From Heterodontus francisci (lineage: Eukaryota), in contig NW_027142063.1 of assembly GCF_036365525.1 (NCBI RefSeq), positions 2,170,001-2,234,000 of the forward strand: a DNA stretch of 64,000 nt. Direction: 5' to 3'. A model generated the notes under the pieces. That model was not told the origin of the DNA. It did no database searches and saw nothing but the letters and a program-made list of their open reading frames with translations. Position 1 is the stretch's first letter. Each line of letters starts with the position of its first letter. Positions 1 to 13,295 of the stretch are shown here, one piece after another. Position numbers and translations under genes: made by a program.

Positions 1-473
1 AACCCTGTCAGTTTCAGTGCAGGAAACACCGTCTCGGGGGAAATAACATCACAAGTGGGTCTGGTTCCAGTGACCGATTCAACGGCTGCTGCAAAACTCC
101 CGGATTCCCTCATTGCAGCGAAATCATTTTGAAATTCTATGAAAACAATGAGTGATTCTGGAGGAGTGATGTGGCTTTTCACTGAGGGCATGTGTCGACT
201 GGGGAAATAACTAAGTGTATAGCCTCGGGCACTGTTTACACAGCCTATTTAGAAAATCAAATCCACTGCACATCCTTTCTGCAAATGAAATGTAAAATTC
301 GGGGATTCCAGTATTTTTTTATCCCGAACACAGCAGATTGATTGAACAAAGAATTAAAAGCAAACTACTGCGGATGCTGGAAATCTGAAATATTTCAGAT
401 TGATTGAACTGTTCTGAACAGCCTATCCCAGCTCCCATTTCTCGGTCACTGCTCTCTCTGTGAGGCGGTGGGT

Positions 474-489
474 GGCTCTTAGAAGAGCC
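474..489 (-). terminator. Histone mRNA 3' stem-loop of H4 pseudogene
   Basis: Minus strand reads AAA-GGCTCT-TCTA-AGAGCC-ACCCA, followed by a purine-rich HDE-like CAGAGAGAG. Confidence 0.9.
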
Positions 490-523
490 TTTGTTTTGTG
501 TTTGCTGGAAAGGGTCAAAATGT

Positions 524-830
<307 letters not shown>

Positions 831-2613
831 TCACTCAGATCACTACACAATATAAGAAGCAGACTCTTGCAGGCTCTACTTTACACAGACAGCCCGGACC
901 TGCCTGAGAATGGCAGAGAGAGCAGGAAGGGGAGGAGACAGAGTGAAGATTGAACAGAGAGCAGATGGGGAGGAGACACCCAGAGTGACAGACAGAGAGA
1001 GAACGGCCCCTCATCTTTCAGCTCCACCTCCAGTTTCCTCTGGTTCGCCAATATTAACAGTGGAACCGAAACCCAGCTCTCCACACAAACCCTTCCAGAC
1101 TCGGCCTTCATAGTCAAGGCTTTCCAGAAAGCCAGAGCTGTTAAATATGGTTCCGCGACAATTAACACTCAGTAATATTCCCACCTAAACAAAGTCCATT
1201 CTATAACAAATAACCTACTCAGTAACATCACCATTTCCACACACATCCTCTTCCAGCAGTTTACAAACACCTTATTGCAGCTGTTTGGGGAATCTCCTGT
1301 GTTAAGATTGGAGTTGGAAAGCGGCCTTTACCCGGCAGTGTTACCGTCTCACACTGAATCTGCCAGACATCCTGTTGATCTGCCTAGTTCCCCACTGTCT
1401 CTCTTGACTATTACATGGCACGGGTCGTATTTCAGAAAGTACTGCAAAGGAGGGAGTGCTGGGGACTCCAGGCCAATCCTGGAGGGATGGGGGAAATATC
1501 TTTAGAAATCCCTGGAGAGAATCGTGATATGACAGGTCTCCAGGGACAGACCAAGGAGAGAGTGTGGACATTGAATGGAAACATGGCAAAAAGAGTTGGG
1601 GATTCAGGAACACAATCCTCTCTGATGGGTTACAGCCTCCCCCCTGCTCCTGCTCTTTACGAGTCACTTTTCCAGTTTAAATTTATGGACAAGGTGGGTT
1701 AGTTGCTCTCAGGGTGGGTGGAGGGAGAGGAGCCTCAGTGGCCATGGGTGGGACAGGGAAAATGGAGACAGAGAACCAGGACTCCGGTCACTCCCCAGCG
1801 ATGTCTGCTGGAAAGTATCTGTGGATCGGATGATGCCGGGGGCCCATGGAGAGGGGAAGGGGGTGGGGTGATGGAGTGAGGAGGTGGAGAGGGAGTGTTC
1901 GTGGTGTCACAGCCAACCCCCTGACCAAAGCAAACTCCCACATCCCAGCATTATATTGTCCAATTCCTGGAGGCGGAGGATGGCGATTCCCGTTGGATGA
2001 ATTTCTAATTTTCGGCATCTTATCCTGATAAAATCACCAGTTCTGAAGGAGGCCATTCTGTACTTATTCTCAGGTCATCCAGGGGTCATCTTTCCCTTTT
2101 CAGCTCCTGACTGCTGGTATTTTTGCTGTTAAATATGAAATGCAACGTATGTTTGCAGCTGTTTCTGCCCTGTTGCAGCCATAGGAACATAGAAATGGGG
2201 GTCAGCCATTCAGCCCCTCGAGCCTGCTGCACCTTTCAATTTATCCTGGCTCACCTGTATCTTAACTCCAGCTACCTGCTGTAATTTCATAAACCCTCAG
2301 ACCGTCACTGGATAAACATCTCTCAATCTCAGGTTGGAAATTGTCAGTTGACCCTCAGGTTTATCTGATTTTTCGGAGAGAATTCCAGGTTCATACTACC
2401 CTTTGTGTGAAAAAGTGCTTCCCGGCAATATTCCTGAAAGGCAGAACTCTAATTTTTGAGTTATCTCCCTTTGTTGTGGAACTGCTTGTTTACAGATCAG
2501 ACCGAAGTCCACACTGCAGAACAAACAGCTGTTCCTCTGATCCTGTCACTTCAGCTTTGGATTTGAAGCTCATGTCTCTTTCCATGATGATTCTTTGTGC
2601 CCTATCTCCGTAA

Positions 2614-3095
2614 ATGGTTATGCCTGTCTTTTTGTGGGGTATGTCAAACATTCTTTTTTCCAGTCCTACTCAGGACCCCACCCCCAGCTCTTTTTCTGGT
2701 ACAATGATGACTGGATCAGTGTCATTTCCTGCTCCCGCTCCGAACTGGAAAATTTCATCAACTTCGTTTCCGATTTCCCCCTCACTGTGGTTGACAGGGC
2801 TCTCAACCCTTTTTATTATTTTATTTTATCTTTTTTTTTTAACCATGTGCCTGCCTTAAACTTGGTTTTTCAAGTATGTGCTTTTGGACAGAACTATTGA
2901 TTATTCTGTCATTAACACTCTCTCTGAACTAATATTTTGTCTTTCACTACACCATTAGCACACTCCCTTTGCCTTTGCGCCATGACCTCCTTGTCAGTTA
3001 ATCTCTCCTGCCCTCTGCCCTATTACACAGCTTCCCTTTTGTTCTCTTCCCCACCTCCCCCCACCCCCGCTTCACTTGCTTAAAACCTATTACAT
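2614..3095 (+). mobile_element. Penelope-like element fragment (RT piece plus 3' region)
   Basis: Translation GYACLFVGYVKHSFFQSYSGPHPQLFFWYNDDWI...ELENFINFVSDF resembles the PLE RT region around YIDD. Confidence 0.7.
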
Positions 3096-4545
3096 TGAGT
3101 GCGGGACAAATTCAATCCATCTTTTGTACTGTATGAGATTAATTTTGACACACTTTCTGGTACATTATGTGACAGCGAGTTTAATTCTACATCTATCTGT
3201 CTGTGGTACTGTGTCTGAGTGTGAGATTATTTCAGTGTCAGTCTATGAAAGTAAATGTGATTGTGTGATTCATTCTGTATGTCAATCATGAGTATTGTAT
3301 GTGAATGTGTGGCAGCTTCTGTATCTATCTGCTACTGTGGCTGAATGTGGATATCATTCGCTATCTGTCAGTGTCTGGAACTAAATGTGAGTGTGAGATT
3401 CATTGTGTATGCATCAATCTTACAGTCAGAATGTGACTGTGTGATTCATTCTCTATGTGTCAGTCTAAGGTACTATATATGCTAGTGGTTTTAATTATGT
3501 GTCTGTCATTGTATGTGAGTCATTTTATGGTCTCACTGTATATCTGTCAATCTCTGGTTCTTTCTGTGAGAGTGAGATTAATTCTCTATCTGCTGGTCTC
3601 TGAAATTAATTGATTTTGTGACTCACTCTGTGCCTGTCAGTCTATGATACTGTGAATAAGAGGGGAATATATATGGTGTCGATCTGAAGTTGGTATCGAG
3701 TATGATTGTCGGATTCATTGTGCATCTATCAGTATCCAGACTGAATGAGAATTAAGGTTCATTCTGTACGTGAAAAGCTCTGGTATTCTATGCAAGTGAA
3801 CTCGAATGTGCCTGTCAGTCTTTGACACTGTATCTGATTATGGTATTGACTCAATACCTTTCAGACTTTGGTACTTTGCATATGTGTGGTTTAGGTTCTG
3901 TATGTCAGTCTCTGTTACTCCATGTGAGTGTGGATATCATTTATGTGTCTGTCAGTCTCTCGCAATGAATGCAAGTGTGGGATTAACTCTCTTTTCAACA
4001 GTATCTGGTACTGACTGTGAGCATGTGACTCCTACAGTATCTGTCAGTGTTTTCTATTCTATGTGAATATGCAATTCCTCCTATGTCTTTCAGTGCCTAG
4101 TACAGTGTGTATGGGATTCATTCTGTACCTGTCAGTATCTGGTACTGAATGAGATTGTGGGATTCATTCTGTTGTCTGTCAATCTCTGCCAATGTACGTG
4201 AGTGATATCTGTTATGCATATATTATTTTCTGGTACTGGAAGTGTATATTGTATTTATTCTTTACTTGTTAGCCTCTGGTACCGCGTATGAGTATGGGTC
4301 TCATTCTGTATCAGTCAGTTTCTGGTACAGTCTGCGTGTGCATATCCAGGGCTCATTTTGCATTTGGCAGTCTCTGGTACGAAATATGCGTTCCAATTCA
4401 TTTTTTATGTGTCTGTCTCTTGGACAGTCCATTACAGTAGGATTAATTTTGTACCTCTCAGCTGCTGGTTAAGTCTGCAAGTGTACATTCTGTATCTATG
4501 TGACGCTGGTGCTGTATGAGTGTGGAATTCTTCTGTACCTGTACT
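3096..4545. repeat. Degenerate ~40-bp tandem repeat (GATTCATTCTGTATCTGTCAGTCTCTGGTACTG family)
   Basis: Motifs attcattctgta / ctgtcagtct / ggtactg recur at about 40-bp spacing. Confidence 0.75.
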
Positions 4546-4825
4546 TAATATGTATCTACGGGATGGTATTGAGAACTATTTGTTTAATGCCATAATGTAT
4601 CACCATTTTCTTGTCTCACTAGTATTTTAAAATATAGATCACTGCACATTTTAACTGTGTGTATTACTGAGTTGTGGTTTGAGCTTTTTGGACTAGTATT
4701 TAGTCTGGAACTGTATGAACACATTTGTGAATGACAACATATATTTCAAACTCAAACATGGCATGCTCAGTATTATCAGAATCATTCAATTGATATGATC
4801 TCATTCAGTAAAGCTCTTTGAGAGA

Positions 4826-6830
4826 TTATTGATCCCTGAATAAGCTCCACATTTCGATTGTGCCCATCCCCTGCATTTTCCTTCCCCATCCTAAGCATCC
4901 TAAATCTTGCCTAATCGCATCATAATTTCCTTTCCCCCAGCTATAATTCTTGCACTGCGGTATATACCTGTCCCTGCCCATCGCTAAGGGAAACCGAACC
5001 GAATTGTGATCACTATCACCAAAGTGCTCACCAACTTCTAAATCTAACACCTGGTCGGGTTCATTACCCAGTACCAAATCCAATGTGGCATCGCCCCTGG
5101 TTGGCCTGTCTACATACTGTGTCAGAAAACCCTCCTGCACACACTGGACAAAAACAGACCCATCTAAAGTACTCGAACTATAGTATTTCCAGTCAATATT
5201 TGGAAAGTTAAAGTCCCCCATAACCACTACCCTGTTACTCTCGCTCCTGTCAAGAATCATCTTTGCTATCCTTTCCTCTACATCTCTGGAACTATTTGGA
5301 GGTCTATAGAAAACTCCCAACAGTGTGACCTCACCTCTCCTGTTTCTAACCTCGGCCCATACTACCTCAGTAGACGAGTCCTCAAACGTCCTTTCTGCCG
5401 CTGTAATACTTTCCTTGATTAACAATGCCACACCACCGCCCCCCCTCTTTTACCATCTTCTCTGTTCTTAGTGAAACATCTAAATCCCGGAACCCGCAAC
5501 ATCCATTCCTGTCCCTGCTCTACCCATGTCTCTGAAATGGCCACAACATCGAGATCCCAGGTACCAACCCATGCTGCAAGCTCACCCACCTTATTCCAGA
5601 TGCTCCTGGCGTTGAAGTAGACACATTTTAAACCAAGCTCTTGCTGGCCAGTGCCCTCTTGTGTCCTTATAACCATATCCCTGACCTCACTACTCTCAAC
5701 ATCCTGCACACTAGAACTACAATTTAGGTTCCCATTCCCCTGCTGAATTAGTTAAACCCTTCCGAAGAGCACTAGCAAATCTCCCCCCCAGGACATTGGT
5801 ACCCCTCTGGTTCAGGTGAAGACCATCCTGTTTGTAGAGGTCCCACCTAGCCCAGAAAGAGCCCCAATTATCCAGGAAACCAAAACCCTCCCTCCTACAC
5901 CATCCCTGCAGCCACGTGTTCAACTCCTCTCTCTCCCTATTCCTCACTTCGCCAGCACGTGGCACGGGCAACAACCCAGAGATAACAACTCTGTTTGTTC
6001 TCGCTCTAAGCTTTCACCCTAGCTCCCTGAATTTCTGCCTTAAATCCCCATCTCTCTTCCTACCTATGTCGTTGGTGCCTATGTGTACCACGACTTGGGG
6101 CTGCTCCCCCTCCCCCTTGAGGATCCCAAAAACACGATCCGAGACATCACGTACCCTGGCACCTGGGAGGCAACACACCAACCAGGCGGCACAGTGGCGC
6201 AGTGGTTAGCACTGCAGCCTCACAGCTCCAGGGATCCGGGTTCGATTCTGGGTACTGCCTGTGTGGAGTTTGCAAGTTCTCTCTGTGTCTGCGTGGGTTT
6301 TCTCCGGGTTCTCCGGTTTCCTCCCACAAGCCAAAAGACTTGCAGTTTGGTAGGTAAATTGGCCGTTATAAATTGTCACTAGTGTAGGTAGGTGGTAGGG
6401 AAATATAGGGACAGGTGGGGATGTTTGGTAGGAATATGGGATTAGTGTAGGATTAGTATAAATGGGTGGTTGATGTTCGGCACAGACTCGGTGGGCCGAA
6501 GGGCCTGTTTCAGTGCTGTAGCTCTAATCTAATCTAACCGTGAGTCTCTCTCGTTCCCACAAAACCTCCTATCTGTTCCCCTGACTATGGAGTCCCCAAT
6601 GACTAACGCTCTGCTCCTCTTACCCCTTCCCTTCTGAGCAACAGGGACAGACTCTGCGCCAGAGACCTGTATCCCATTGCCTCCCCCTGGTAAGTCGTCT
6701 CCCCCAACAGTATCTAAAACGGGATACCTGTTGTTGAGGGAAACGGCCACAGGGGATCCCTGCACTGCCTGCTGGTTCCCTCTCCTTCCCCTGACGGTAA
6801 CCCATCTACCTTCTTCTTTTACCTGAGGTT
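4826..6830 (-). mobile_element. CR1 LINE 5' part (ORF1 esterase plus APE endonuclease), 3'-truncated, interrupted by a SINE
   Basis: RALVIGDSIVRG and DGLHLN (SGNH esterase); FNARSI, ISETW, YRPP, GDFN and SDHN (APE) motifs in minus-strand ORFs. Confidence 0.9.
6186..6537 (+). mobile_element. tRNA-derived SINE (HE1-like)
   Basis: A box TGGCGCAGTGG, B box GGTTCGATTC, (CTAAT)n tail; near-identical copies occur elsewhere in the window. Confidence 0.85.
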
Positions 6831-6879
6831 CATAGATGTGGTTACCCCACAGCTTAAGAGTATGCAGGGAGAGAGGGAA

Positions 6880-9800
6880 TGGGTGACCACAAGGCAGTCA
6901 AAAATAATCAGGCAAGTAATGCAGGACACACTGAGCGCACCTCACTCTCCAACAGGTATTCAGTTCTGAATACGGAGGACAGTGATGCTTCACCTGGGGA
7001 GTGCAGCCAGATCCAAGTCCATGGCACCATGGGTGACTCAGCTGCAAAGGTGGGTACAGGGAAGATTGGAAAAGCCAGCATTTGTGGTCCACATCGGAAC
7101 CAACAACATAGGTAGAAATAAGGAAGTTGTCCTGCAGTCAGAATTTATGAAGCTTGGTAAGAAATTAGCAAGCAGGGCATCAAAAGTAGTAATGTCCAGA
7201 TTATTCCCAGTGCCACGTGCAAGTGAGTACAGGAATAAAAGGATAAGACAGATGAACGTGTGTCTGGAAAGATGGTGCAGGAGGGAGGGCTTTAGATTCT
7301 TGGGACAGGTCACACGGATTGCAGTTGAACAGAGCCTGGACAGAGTTCCTTGCGGGACATTTTGCTAGTGCTGTTGGCGAGGGTTTAAACTCATTTAGCA
7401 GGGGGATGGGAACCGGAAGGTAGAGTCAGATGGGACAAAATCAGAAATGAAAATGGAAGGCAGAAAATTAATGGATGAGTCTGGAAGAAAGAGGAAACGA
7501 AGGTTAGAAAATTTAAAAAGAGTTTGGCAGTGCTCAAGCATATCTATTTCAATGCAAGGAGTATAGAAAATAAAGCAGATGAGCTGAGGGCACAAATAGA
7601 CATGTGGCAGTATGATATCACAGCTATTACAGAAACATGGCTTAAGGAGGGACAGGAATTGCAGCTCAACATTCCTGGTTACAGGGTTTTCAGATGTGAT
7701 AGGGAGGGGGATAAGAAAGGAGATGGGGTGGTGGCAGTTTTGCTCAAAGTAACTATTACAGCTGTGAAGACGGATGATATGTTGGAAGGTTTATCAAATG
7801 AGGCCGTATAGATTGAGCTGAGGAACAAAAAAGGGGCAATCACACTGCTGAGAGTGTGCTATAGACCCCCAAACAGGAGATAGAAGAGCAGATATGTAGG
7901 CAAATCTCTGAGAAGTGCAAGAACAATAGGACAGTAATAGTAGGGGATTTTAACCACCCCAAAATGAACTGGGACACTTTTAGTGTGAAAGAAATTGAGG
8001 GAGCAGAATTCTTGAGGTGCATTCAGGAGAACTTTTTTAGCCAATATGTAGCAAGTCCAACAAGAGAGGGTGCAGTTTCAGATGTAGTTTTTGAAAATGA
8101 AGATAGGCAGGTGGAAGGAGTGGCAGTGGGAGAGCATGTTGGTGGTAGTGATCATAATTCAGTCAGTTTTAACATAATTATGTAAAGGACAAGGAGAGAA
8201 CAGGAGTTAAAGTTTTCAGTTGCGGCAAGGACAACTTTACTAAGCTGAGGAGTGAGTTAGCAAAAGTGGACTGGAAACAACTACTTGAAGGTAAATCAAT
8301 GTCAGAGCAGTGGGAAGCACTCAAAGGGGAGATTCCAGGGGTTCAGAGTCAATATGTTCCCACAAAGAAAAAGGGTGGGAAGGCCAAATCTAGAGCCCCA
8401 TGGATTTTATAAGGTAGTATTATAAGGCAGTAACGGAAAGCTTATGCCCGACTCAGAGAACTCAATACTACTGAAAGCCGAGAGGTGTATAGAATGTGGA
8501 GGGGGGAAATCAACATTGAAATTAGGAAAGCTAAGAGAGGGCATGAAAGAATATTGGCAATCAAAATCAAGGTTCGCACAAAGATGTTTTATCAATACAT
8601 TAACAGAAAAAGGATAACTAAGGAAAGAGTAGGGCCCATAAAAGATCATGAAGGTAACCTATGTGTAGGGGCAGAAGATGTTGGCACTGTTCTTAATAAA
8701 TACTTTGCATCTGTCTTCACAAAAGAGGGTGATGATGCAGATATTGGAGTTAAGGAAGAAGGGTATGAAGTATTGGATGTGATCAATAGAGGGAGAGAGG
8801 TCAAATTAGTGACAGGACATACAGATAGCATATTTGTAAGTTGATAAATCACTAGGGATGGATGAAATGTACCCCACGCTGTTAAAAGAAGCAAGAGAGG
8901 AAACAGCGGAAGGTTTGACCATCGTTTTCCAGACCTCACTGGATACAGGTGTGATGCTGGAGGATTGGAAGACTGTGAACATTGTACCTCTGTTTGAAAA
9001 GGGAGTGAGGGATCGACCGAATAATTACAGGACAGTCAGTCTAACCTCAGTAGTGGGCAAATTATTGGAATCTATTCTGAGTGACAGGATAAAATGTCAC
9101 TTCGAAAGGCACAGATTAATCAAGGATAGTCAGCATGGATTTGTTAAGGGAAGATCTTGTCTGCCCAACTTGATTGAAATTTTGAAGAATTAACAAGGAA
9201 AATAGATGAGGGTAGTGCAGTTGATGTAGTCACATGGATGTAAATGTAGGAGGCATGATCAAGAAGTTTGCAGATGACACAAAGATTGGCTGTGTGGTAA
9301 ATAGCAAGGAGGATAGCTGTAGGCTGCAGGAAGATCTTCATGGTCTGGTCAGATGCACAGAAAAATGACAAATGGAATTCAATCCAGAGAAGTGTGAGGT
9401 GATGCATTTGGGGAGGTCAAACAAGACAAAGGAATACATGATTAAGAGGAAAATGCTGAGAGGTGTAGAGAAAGTGAGGTACCTTGGAGTAAATGTCCAC
9501 AGATCCCTGAAGGTAGCTGGACAGGTCGATAAGGTGGTTAGAAGGCATATGGAATCGATTCCTTTATTAGCCGAGGTATAGAATATATGAGCAGGGAGGT
9601 TATGCTGGAACTGTATAAATCATTAGTTCGGCCACAACTTGAGTACTGTGTGCAGTTCTGATCACCTTATTACAGAAAGGATGTAGTTGCACTAGAGAGG
9701 GTACAGAGGAGATTTACGAGGATGTTGCCGGGACTGGAAAAAGGCAGCTTTGAGGAAAGATTGGATAGGCTGGAGCTATTCTCCTTGGCACAGAGAAGGC

Positions 9801-9980
9801 TGAGGGGAGATCTGACTGGAATGTACAAAATTTGTGGAGTCTGGATAGAATTGAAGTGAAGGGCCTGTTTACCTGAGCAAAGAGATCAGTGACTAGGGAA
9901 ATAGATTCAAAGTGATTGGCAGAAAGCTTACAGGGGAGATGGGGAAAAGATTTTTTAGCCAGAGGATGGTGGGGGTCTGG
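6880..9980 (+). mobile_element. Degenerate near-full-length CR1 LINE
   Basis: HIGTNN (ORF1), FNARSI/ITETW/SDHN (endonuclease), NYRTVSLTSVVGKLLE and QHGF (RT), with many stops and frameshifts. Confidence 0.9.
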
Positions 9981-10365
9981 TGGAATTGACACTGTATTTT
10001 AGTTTGATATTGCATCACTTTTTAGAATGGTATGTAATGTTTATATCAATCTACCCTGATGGAATTGATTCTGTCTCTTTCAATTTCACAGTGTGGGCGA
10101 GGTCTGAACTGGTATTTAATTTGTGTCTCAGCTTACAATATCTTTCAGCACCTTTGAAACATTCACTGCAATGAATGTTGGACTTGTATGTAACTTGTAT
10201 CTCAGGGTACACTATGGGGATGTTTAAACATCCTTTATAATGAATGGGTGTGAGCTTTGGGTATGATATTTAATTTAAATCTCAGGGTTAGATTCTGTGC
10301 CATTCAATCAGTAGCGTGTGCCAATTCTATCTGATATTTAATTGCTAGCTCAGTCTGCATTATAT

Positions 10366-11070
10366 TAGACATGCAGAGAGATCTGGGCGTACAGGTCCAC
10401 AGGTCTCTGAAAGTGGCAACGCAGGTGGATAAGGTAGTCAAGAACGCATAAGGCATGCTTTCCTTCATCGGTCGGGGCATCGAGTATAAAAATAGGCAAG
10501 TCATATTGCAGCTGCACAGAACTTTAGTTCGGCCACACTTAGAATATTGCATGCAATTCTGGTCGCGACACAACCAGAAGGACGTGGAGGCTTTGGAGAG
10601 GGTACAGAAGAGGTTTACCAGGATGTTGCCTGGTCTGGAGGGCATTAGCTATGAGGAGAGGTTGGATAAACTCGGATTGTTTTCACTGGAACGATGGAGG
10701 TGGAGGGGCGACATGATAGAGGTTTACAAAGTTATGAGCGGCATGGACAGAGTGGATAGTCAGAATCTTTCTCCCTGGGTGGAAGAGTCAGTTACTAGGG
10801 GACATCGGTTTAAGGTGAGAGGGGCAAAGTTTAGAGGGGATGTGCGAGGCAAGTTCTTTACACAGAGGGTGGTGAGTGCCTGGAACTTGCTGCCGGGTGA
10901 AGTGGTGGAAGCAGGTACGATAGCGACGTTTAAGAGGCATCTTGACAAATACATGAATAGGATGGGAAAAGAGGGATTGGACCCCGGAACTGCAGAAGGT
11001 TTTAGTTTAGGCAGGCAGGCTTGGAGGGCTGAATGGCCTGTTCCTGTGCTGTACTGTTCTTTGTTCTTTG
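10366..11070 (+). mobile_element. CR1 LINE 3' end
   Basis: LVRPHLEYCMQFW...LERVQKRFTRMLPG...FFTQRVV..WN, followed by a (TTCTTTG)n tail. Confidence 0.9.
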
Positions 11071-11964
11071 TCAGATTGACACATTGCATTTCAATCTGCT
11101 AGTGGGTGTGATTTTGACCTGGGATTGAAGTATCTGACTGTCAGTGGGACTCAATCGGGGTGAAATGGAAAAAACTTCTTTCTCTCCTGCTTTGTTTCGT
11201 TGTTGGATTGAAAATGTGTTTCTGGAACTCGGGATCAATGTGAGCCTGACTATTTCTGCAATCTGAGACCAGGGAACTGATGAACTATCTGTACCTCTGC
11301 ACTCTGAGTGATCATGTACCTACTGTGTGTGAGTGGAGCTGGCTGCACTGTTCCTTGTGCCTCGAGTGCAGCAACCATCACATTCATCACAATATCTTCA
11401 AGTATTTGCCTGTATGAAGAAAAAGATATATCTGATAACTCAAGAACAGATGCGGTGCATAATATCAAAGAGGTCAATTTAATTTATCAATCAATAATCA
11501 TTAAGAACATCCACAAATGAAAACCGGTGTCATTATCTGCCTCCACTGAAGTACTGAAGCTCCCAGCTCCTGCATCGCAAGTGTTCTGGGCAGATCCATC
11601 CAGACAAAACACTGCAGTGGGATCGTCCCAACTGCTCTATGCTCTACATATATTTCCAGCCATCCTGCTTCACATGCAAATTTTTTTTTTAAATGAAGCC
11701 CGATATGTATATCCCTCGATTCCTTTCTCCACATACAATTGTTCATTTTTCCACCTCCCCTTCAGTGCATCGATACTATTCACCCCAACCTCTCCCTGTG
11801 ATAACAAATTCCAGATTCGAACCATTCACTGCGTAAATACATTTTTCATGAATTCCTCATTGGTTTTATGAATGACGATTTTATATTTTGGCTCTTGTTT
11901 CAGACGCCACCACAAGTGGAAACATGCCTCTGTGTATTCTATAAAAGCCCTTCACTATTTCCTC

Positions 11965-13135
11965 ACTTTTTTCATTTGTTTGTGGAATGTAGGCATCACT
12001 GGCTATGCTAGCATTTATTGCCCAATCCAAATTGCCCTTGACAAAGTGGTGGTGAGCTGCCTTCTTGAGCCGCTGCAGTTCTTGATATGTAGGAACACCA
12101 ACAGTGCTGTTTGGAAGGGAGTTCCAGGATTTTTACCAAGCGACAATGAAGGAATGGCGCTATAGTTCCAAGTCAGGATGTTGTGTGGCTTGGAGGGGAA
12201 TTTGCAAGTGGTAGTGTTCCCTTGCAACTGCTGCCCTTGTCCTCCTCAGTAGTAGAAGTTCCAGGTTTGGAAGGTACTGTCAAAGGAGCTATTGTGTGTT
12301 GCTGCAGTGCACCTTGTAGATGGTATGCACTGCTGCCACTGTGCATCAATGGTGAATGGGGTGATTGTTGAAGGTGGTGTTTGGGGGCAATCAAGCAGGC
12401 TACTTGAGTGTTGTTGGAGCTGCACTCATTCAGGCAAGTGGAGAGTATGCCATCATACTCCTGACTTATGTCTTGTGAATGGTGGATAGGTTTGGGGAGA
12501 CAGGAGGTAAGTTACTCACCACAGAGTTCCTAGCCTCTGACCTGCTCTTGTAGCCACGGCATTTATGTGGCTGGTCCAGTTCAGTTTATGGTCAATGGTA
12601 ACCCCCCGCGCCCCCCCCCCGCAATGTCGATGGTGGGGGATTCAGTGATGGTAATGCCATTGAACATCAAGAGGAGATGATTAGATTCTCTCTTGTTTGA
12701 GATGGTCATTCCCTGGCACTTATCTGACGCGAATGTTACTTGCCACTTATCAGCCCAAGCCTGGATGTTGTCCAGGTCTTGCTGCATCTGGGCACGGGCT
12801 GCTTCAGTAGCTGAAGAGTCATCAATGGTGCTGAACATTGCGCAATCATCAGTGAATATCCCCACTTTCGGCCTTGTGATGGAGGGAAGGTCATTGATGA
12901 AGCAGCTGAAGATGGTTGGGCCCAGAACACGAGCCTAAGGAATTCCAGCTGTAATGTCCTGAGACTGAGATGATTGACCTGAACAACCACAGCCATCTTC
13001 CTTCGTGCTAGGTATGACTCCAACCAGCAGAGAGTTTTGCCATGATTCCCATTTACACTAGTTTTGCTGGGGCTCCTTGGTGCCATTAATGGTTAAAGGT
13101 TGCCTTGATGTCAAGGGCAGTCACTCTCACCTCAC
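11965..13135 (-). mobile_element. CR1/L2-group LINE 3' part
   Basis: WLESYL, FTDDC and QQDLDNIQAWADKWQVTF RT motifs; its 3' tail is shared with the SINE at 40225-40716. Confidence 0.8.
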
Positions 13136-13154
13136 AATGCAATGTTTCTTTAAC

Positions 13155-13295
13155 TCTAAAATAAAAGCAAAATTCTGCAGATTCTGGAAATATGAAATTT
13201 TAAAAAAACAAAAATGCTCAAAATACTCAACAGTTCAGGCAACATATGTGGAGAGAGAAACAGAATTAACATTTCAGTTCTGTGTCCTTTCATCT
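13155..13295 (-). mobile_element. Penelope-derived short terminal repeat
   Basis: Diverged copy of the GAAAC-TTAACTCTG..CTCTCTCCACAGATGCTG..CTGCTGAGTATTTCCAGC repeat also at 47245, 58540 and 60960. Confidence 0.6.

Noticed and set aside
6186-6260. tRNA genes at SINE heads (6186, 33443, 36689, 44941, 52876, 40716)
   Set aside because: The A/B boxes continue into a shared SINE body and simple-repeat tail; no complete cloverleaf is present.
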